NCBI GenBank assembly: GCA_033720895.1 | Contig: JAWWBS010000001.1 | Location: 67,310-131,309 of the forward strand | From: Gammaproteobacteria bacterium | GTDB lineage: Bacteria > Pseudomonadota > Gammaproteobacteria > Natronospirales > JAJUFS01 | Direction of reading: 5' to 3' | DNA length: 64,000 nt | Shown: positions 62,466 to 64,000 of the stretch, in pieces | Numbering within the stretch: position 1 is the first letter of the stretch | Layout: each line of letters begins with the position of its first letter | Position numbers and translations under genes: made by a program | Notes under the pieces: generated by a model | Databases searched by the model: none | Told to the model about the DNA's origin: nothing | The model's input: the letters and a program-made list of their open reading frames with translations, nothing else

Positions 62466-63146
62466 TCAAGTTTCCTGGTAGCAGGTCGGGTCCGCCACGC
62501 CGGCCGCCGCAAAGCCCTCTGTCCGAAGCGCGCAGGAATCGCAGCGTCCGCAAGCCCTGCCATCCGCTGTCGCCGCATAGCAGGATACGGTCATGCCGTA
62601 ATCGATGCCCAGCTCGACGCCCCGACGAATGATCTCCGCCTTGCTGAGATCCACCAGCGGAGCGGCAATCTGCGGCACCCTGCCCTCGATGGATTGCCTG
62701 GTGGCCAGCTGGATCACCTGCTGGAATGCAGCCACGAACTCTGGCCGGCAATCCGGGTAACCGGAATAATCGACGGCGTTCACGCCGATGTAGATGCGGG
62801 CAGCATCAAGCACCTCGGCCCAGCCCAGCGCCAGCGACAGGAAAACGGTATTCCGGGCCGGAACATAGGTCACCGGTATGCCCTTACCGCCCGCGGCAGG
62901 CACGTCAATGGCAGCATCCGTCAGCGCGGAGCCACCGATCCCGGCAAAATCGATCCGCATGGTGCGGTGCTCGACAGCCCCCAGCGCCTGGCTGACTCGC
63001 CCTGCAGCCGCCAGCTCGGCCGCATGCCGCTGACCGTAATCGAAACTCAGTGCGTAGCATTCGAAACCGTCATTGCGGGCCATGGCCAGGCAGGTCGCCG
63101 AATCCAGGCCGCCGGAAACCAGCACCACGGCTCTCGATTGGCTCAT
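62466..63146 (-). CDS. queC: 7-cyano-7-deazaguanine synthase
   Basis: [16 protein letters not shown]-loop and C-terminal Cys cluster CGRCDSC. The start was chosen at MSQSRA. Confidence 0.95.
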   Translation of the reverse strand: MSQSRAVVLVSGGLDSATCLAMARNDGFECYALSFDYGQRHAAELAAAGRVSQALGAVEHRTMRIDFAGIGGSALTDAAIDVPAAGGKGIPVTYVPARNTVFLSLALGWAEVLDAARIYIGVNAVDYSGYPDCRPEFVAAFQQVIQLATRQSIEGRVPQIAAPLVDLSKAEIIRRGVELGIDYGMTVSCYAATADGRACGRCDSCALRTEGFAAAGVADPTCYQET

Positions 63147-63838
63147 CGTCCCGGCTCCTCGCCCCACAGGACCTTGTGCAACTGGAGCTGTACCCGTACC
63201 GGCAGCTTGTCGGCTATCACCCAGTCCGCCAGTTCGGCCGGGTCCTGCTTGCCCCAGCTCGGCGAAAACAGGACACCGCACCGCTCCGCCAGCTGGCGCT
63301 CCGCCAGCTGCTGCCGGGACCACTCGTAATCCGCCCGCGAGCCGATGACGAATTTCAACTGGTCACGCGAGCCCAGGTGCAACAGGTTCTCCCAACGATT
63401 GCGGCTGTCTTCGCCGGAATCCGGGGTCTTGATGTCCATGACCTTCAGCACGCCGGCAGGCACGGCAGCCAGATCCATCGCGCCGCTGGTTTCCAGCGAT
63501 ACGTCGTAGCCCTCGTCCACCAGTCGCTGCATGAAGACCACGCAGTTCTTCTGCGCCAGTGGCTCGCCACCCGTGACACAGACATACGGCGTCCCATGCT
63601 GGCGAATCTCGGCCACGATGTCGTCGAAGCGCCACCAGTCGCCACCGTGAAAGGCATAGGCGGTATCACAGTAAGTGCAACGCAGCGGACACCCCGTCAG
63701 GCGCACGAACACGGTCCGCAGACCGGCATGCACCGACTCCCCTTGCAGGGAATGGAAGATTTCTGTCAAGCGCAACCGCTGGCCACGAGGGTCATCGGCA
63801 ATTTCCGAGGGCTTTTCGAATGCTTCAGCGCGGTCCAT
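63143..63838 (-). CDS. queE: 7-carboxy-7-deazaguanine synthase (radical SAM)
   Basis: FHSLQGES and [10 protein letters not shown] cluster motif. 4-nt overlap with queC. Confidence 0.93.
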   Translation of the reverse strand: MDRAEAFEKPSEIADDPRGQRLRLTEIFHSLQGESVHAGLRTVFVRLTGCPLRCTYCDTAYAFHGGDWWRFDDIVAEIRQHGTPYVCVTGGEPLAQKNCVVFMQRLVDEGYDVSLETSGAMDLAAVPAGVLKVMDIKTPDSGEDSRNRWENLLHLGSRDQLKFVIGSRADYEWSRQQLAERQLAERCGVLFSPSWGKQDPAELADWVIADKLPVRVQLQLHKVLWGEEPGR

Positions 63839-63867
63839 GACAGGGATTCACAGGCTCCAGAAAGTGA

Positions 63868-63899
63868 ACGGCTGCCCCGGTTCGATCCGGGGCAGCCGT
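63868..63899 (-). terminator. 13-bp hairpin between cpoB-like 3' end and queE
   Basis: ACGGCTGCCCCGG-TTCGAT-CCGGGGCAGCCGT. The minus strand is followed by a T-rich tract. Confidence 0.65.
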
Positions 63900-63927
63900 C
63901 ATGATAGCAAAGAGAGCGAAATGGCCG

Positions 63928-64000
63928 TCAGCGACCCTGATCCGCCATGCGTTCGAGCCGGGCACTGGCAAGCCGCGCAGCCCGGTGATCCGGAAACCGC
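63928..64000 (-). CDS. 3' end of a CpoB/YbgF-like gene (partial at window edge)
   Basis: The minus-strand frame ends ...RFPDHRAARLASARLERMADQGR*, resembling YbgF C-termini. The position upstream of queE-queC-tRNA-Lys matches the synteny known from Pseudomonas. Only 24 codons are visible. Confidence 0.4.
   Translation of the reverse strand, partial: RFPDHRAARLASARLERMADQGR

Overview
GC-rich (roughly 60-70 % in coding lines I counted) proteobacterial chromosome segment. Gammaproteobacteria-type synteny is visible: ssrA 3' end, orn/rsgA divergent pair, recR-ybaB-dnaX-ffs, dapA plus a BamC-like lipoprotein, mlaFEDCB with mlaA, and cpoB-queE-queC-tRNA-Lys. I support about 58 protein genes, 2 tRNAs (Ser-GGA, Lys-UUU), the 3' end of tmRNA and a probable SRP RNA. 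The content is mostly housekeeping and envelope functions: periplasmic KatG, DJ-1/PfpI protein, S8 protease, OPT transporter, NhaC, Prc, three RND permeases with two adaptors, PpsA/PpsR, an ALDH plus GMC oxidoreductase pair, PhoH2, FadL, BepA and class I aldolase. I saw no integrase, transposase, CRISPR array, prophage gene or canonical DNA-binding transcription factor anywhere in the window. I do not see a convincing multi-gene novel system. The best candidate for something unusual is a solitary 509-aa gene (8047-9576) that fuses a PUA/EVE-like reader to a DUF3883 nuclease-like domain carrying a Cys where the catalytic acidic residue is expected. Secondary items are a DUF2884-like secreted protein embedded in an MdtABC-like RND operon, a four-gene operon of unknown function (GNAT, beta-propeller, DUF2147, GNAT-nitrilase), a DUF1249 plus coiled-coil gene pair, a 99-aa BamC-like lipoprotein, a complete dnaX -1 frameshift signal, and several intergenic repeats and palindromes. 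All family assignments come from reading motifs by eye, and no searches were run. The many long ORFs antisense to real genes are treated as high-GC artefacts.
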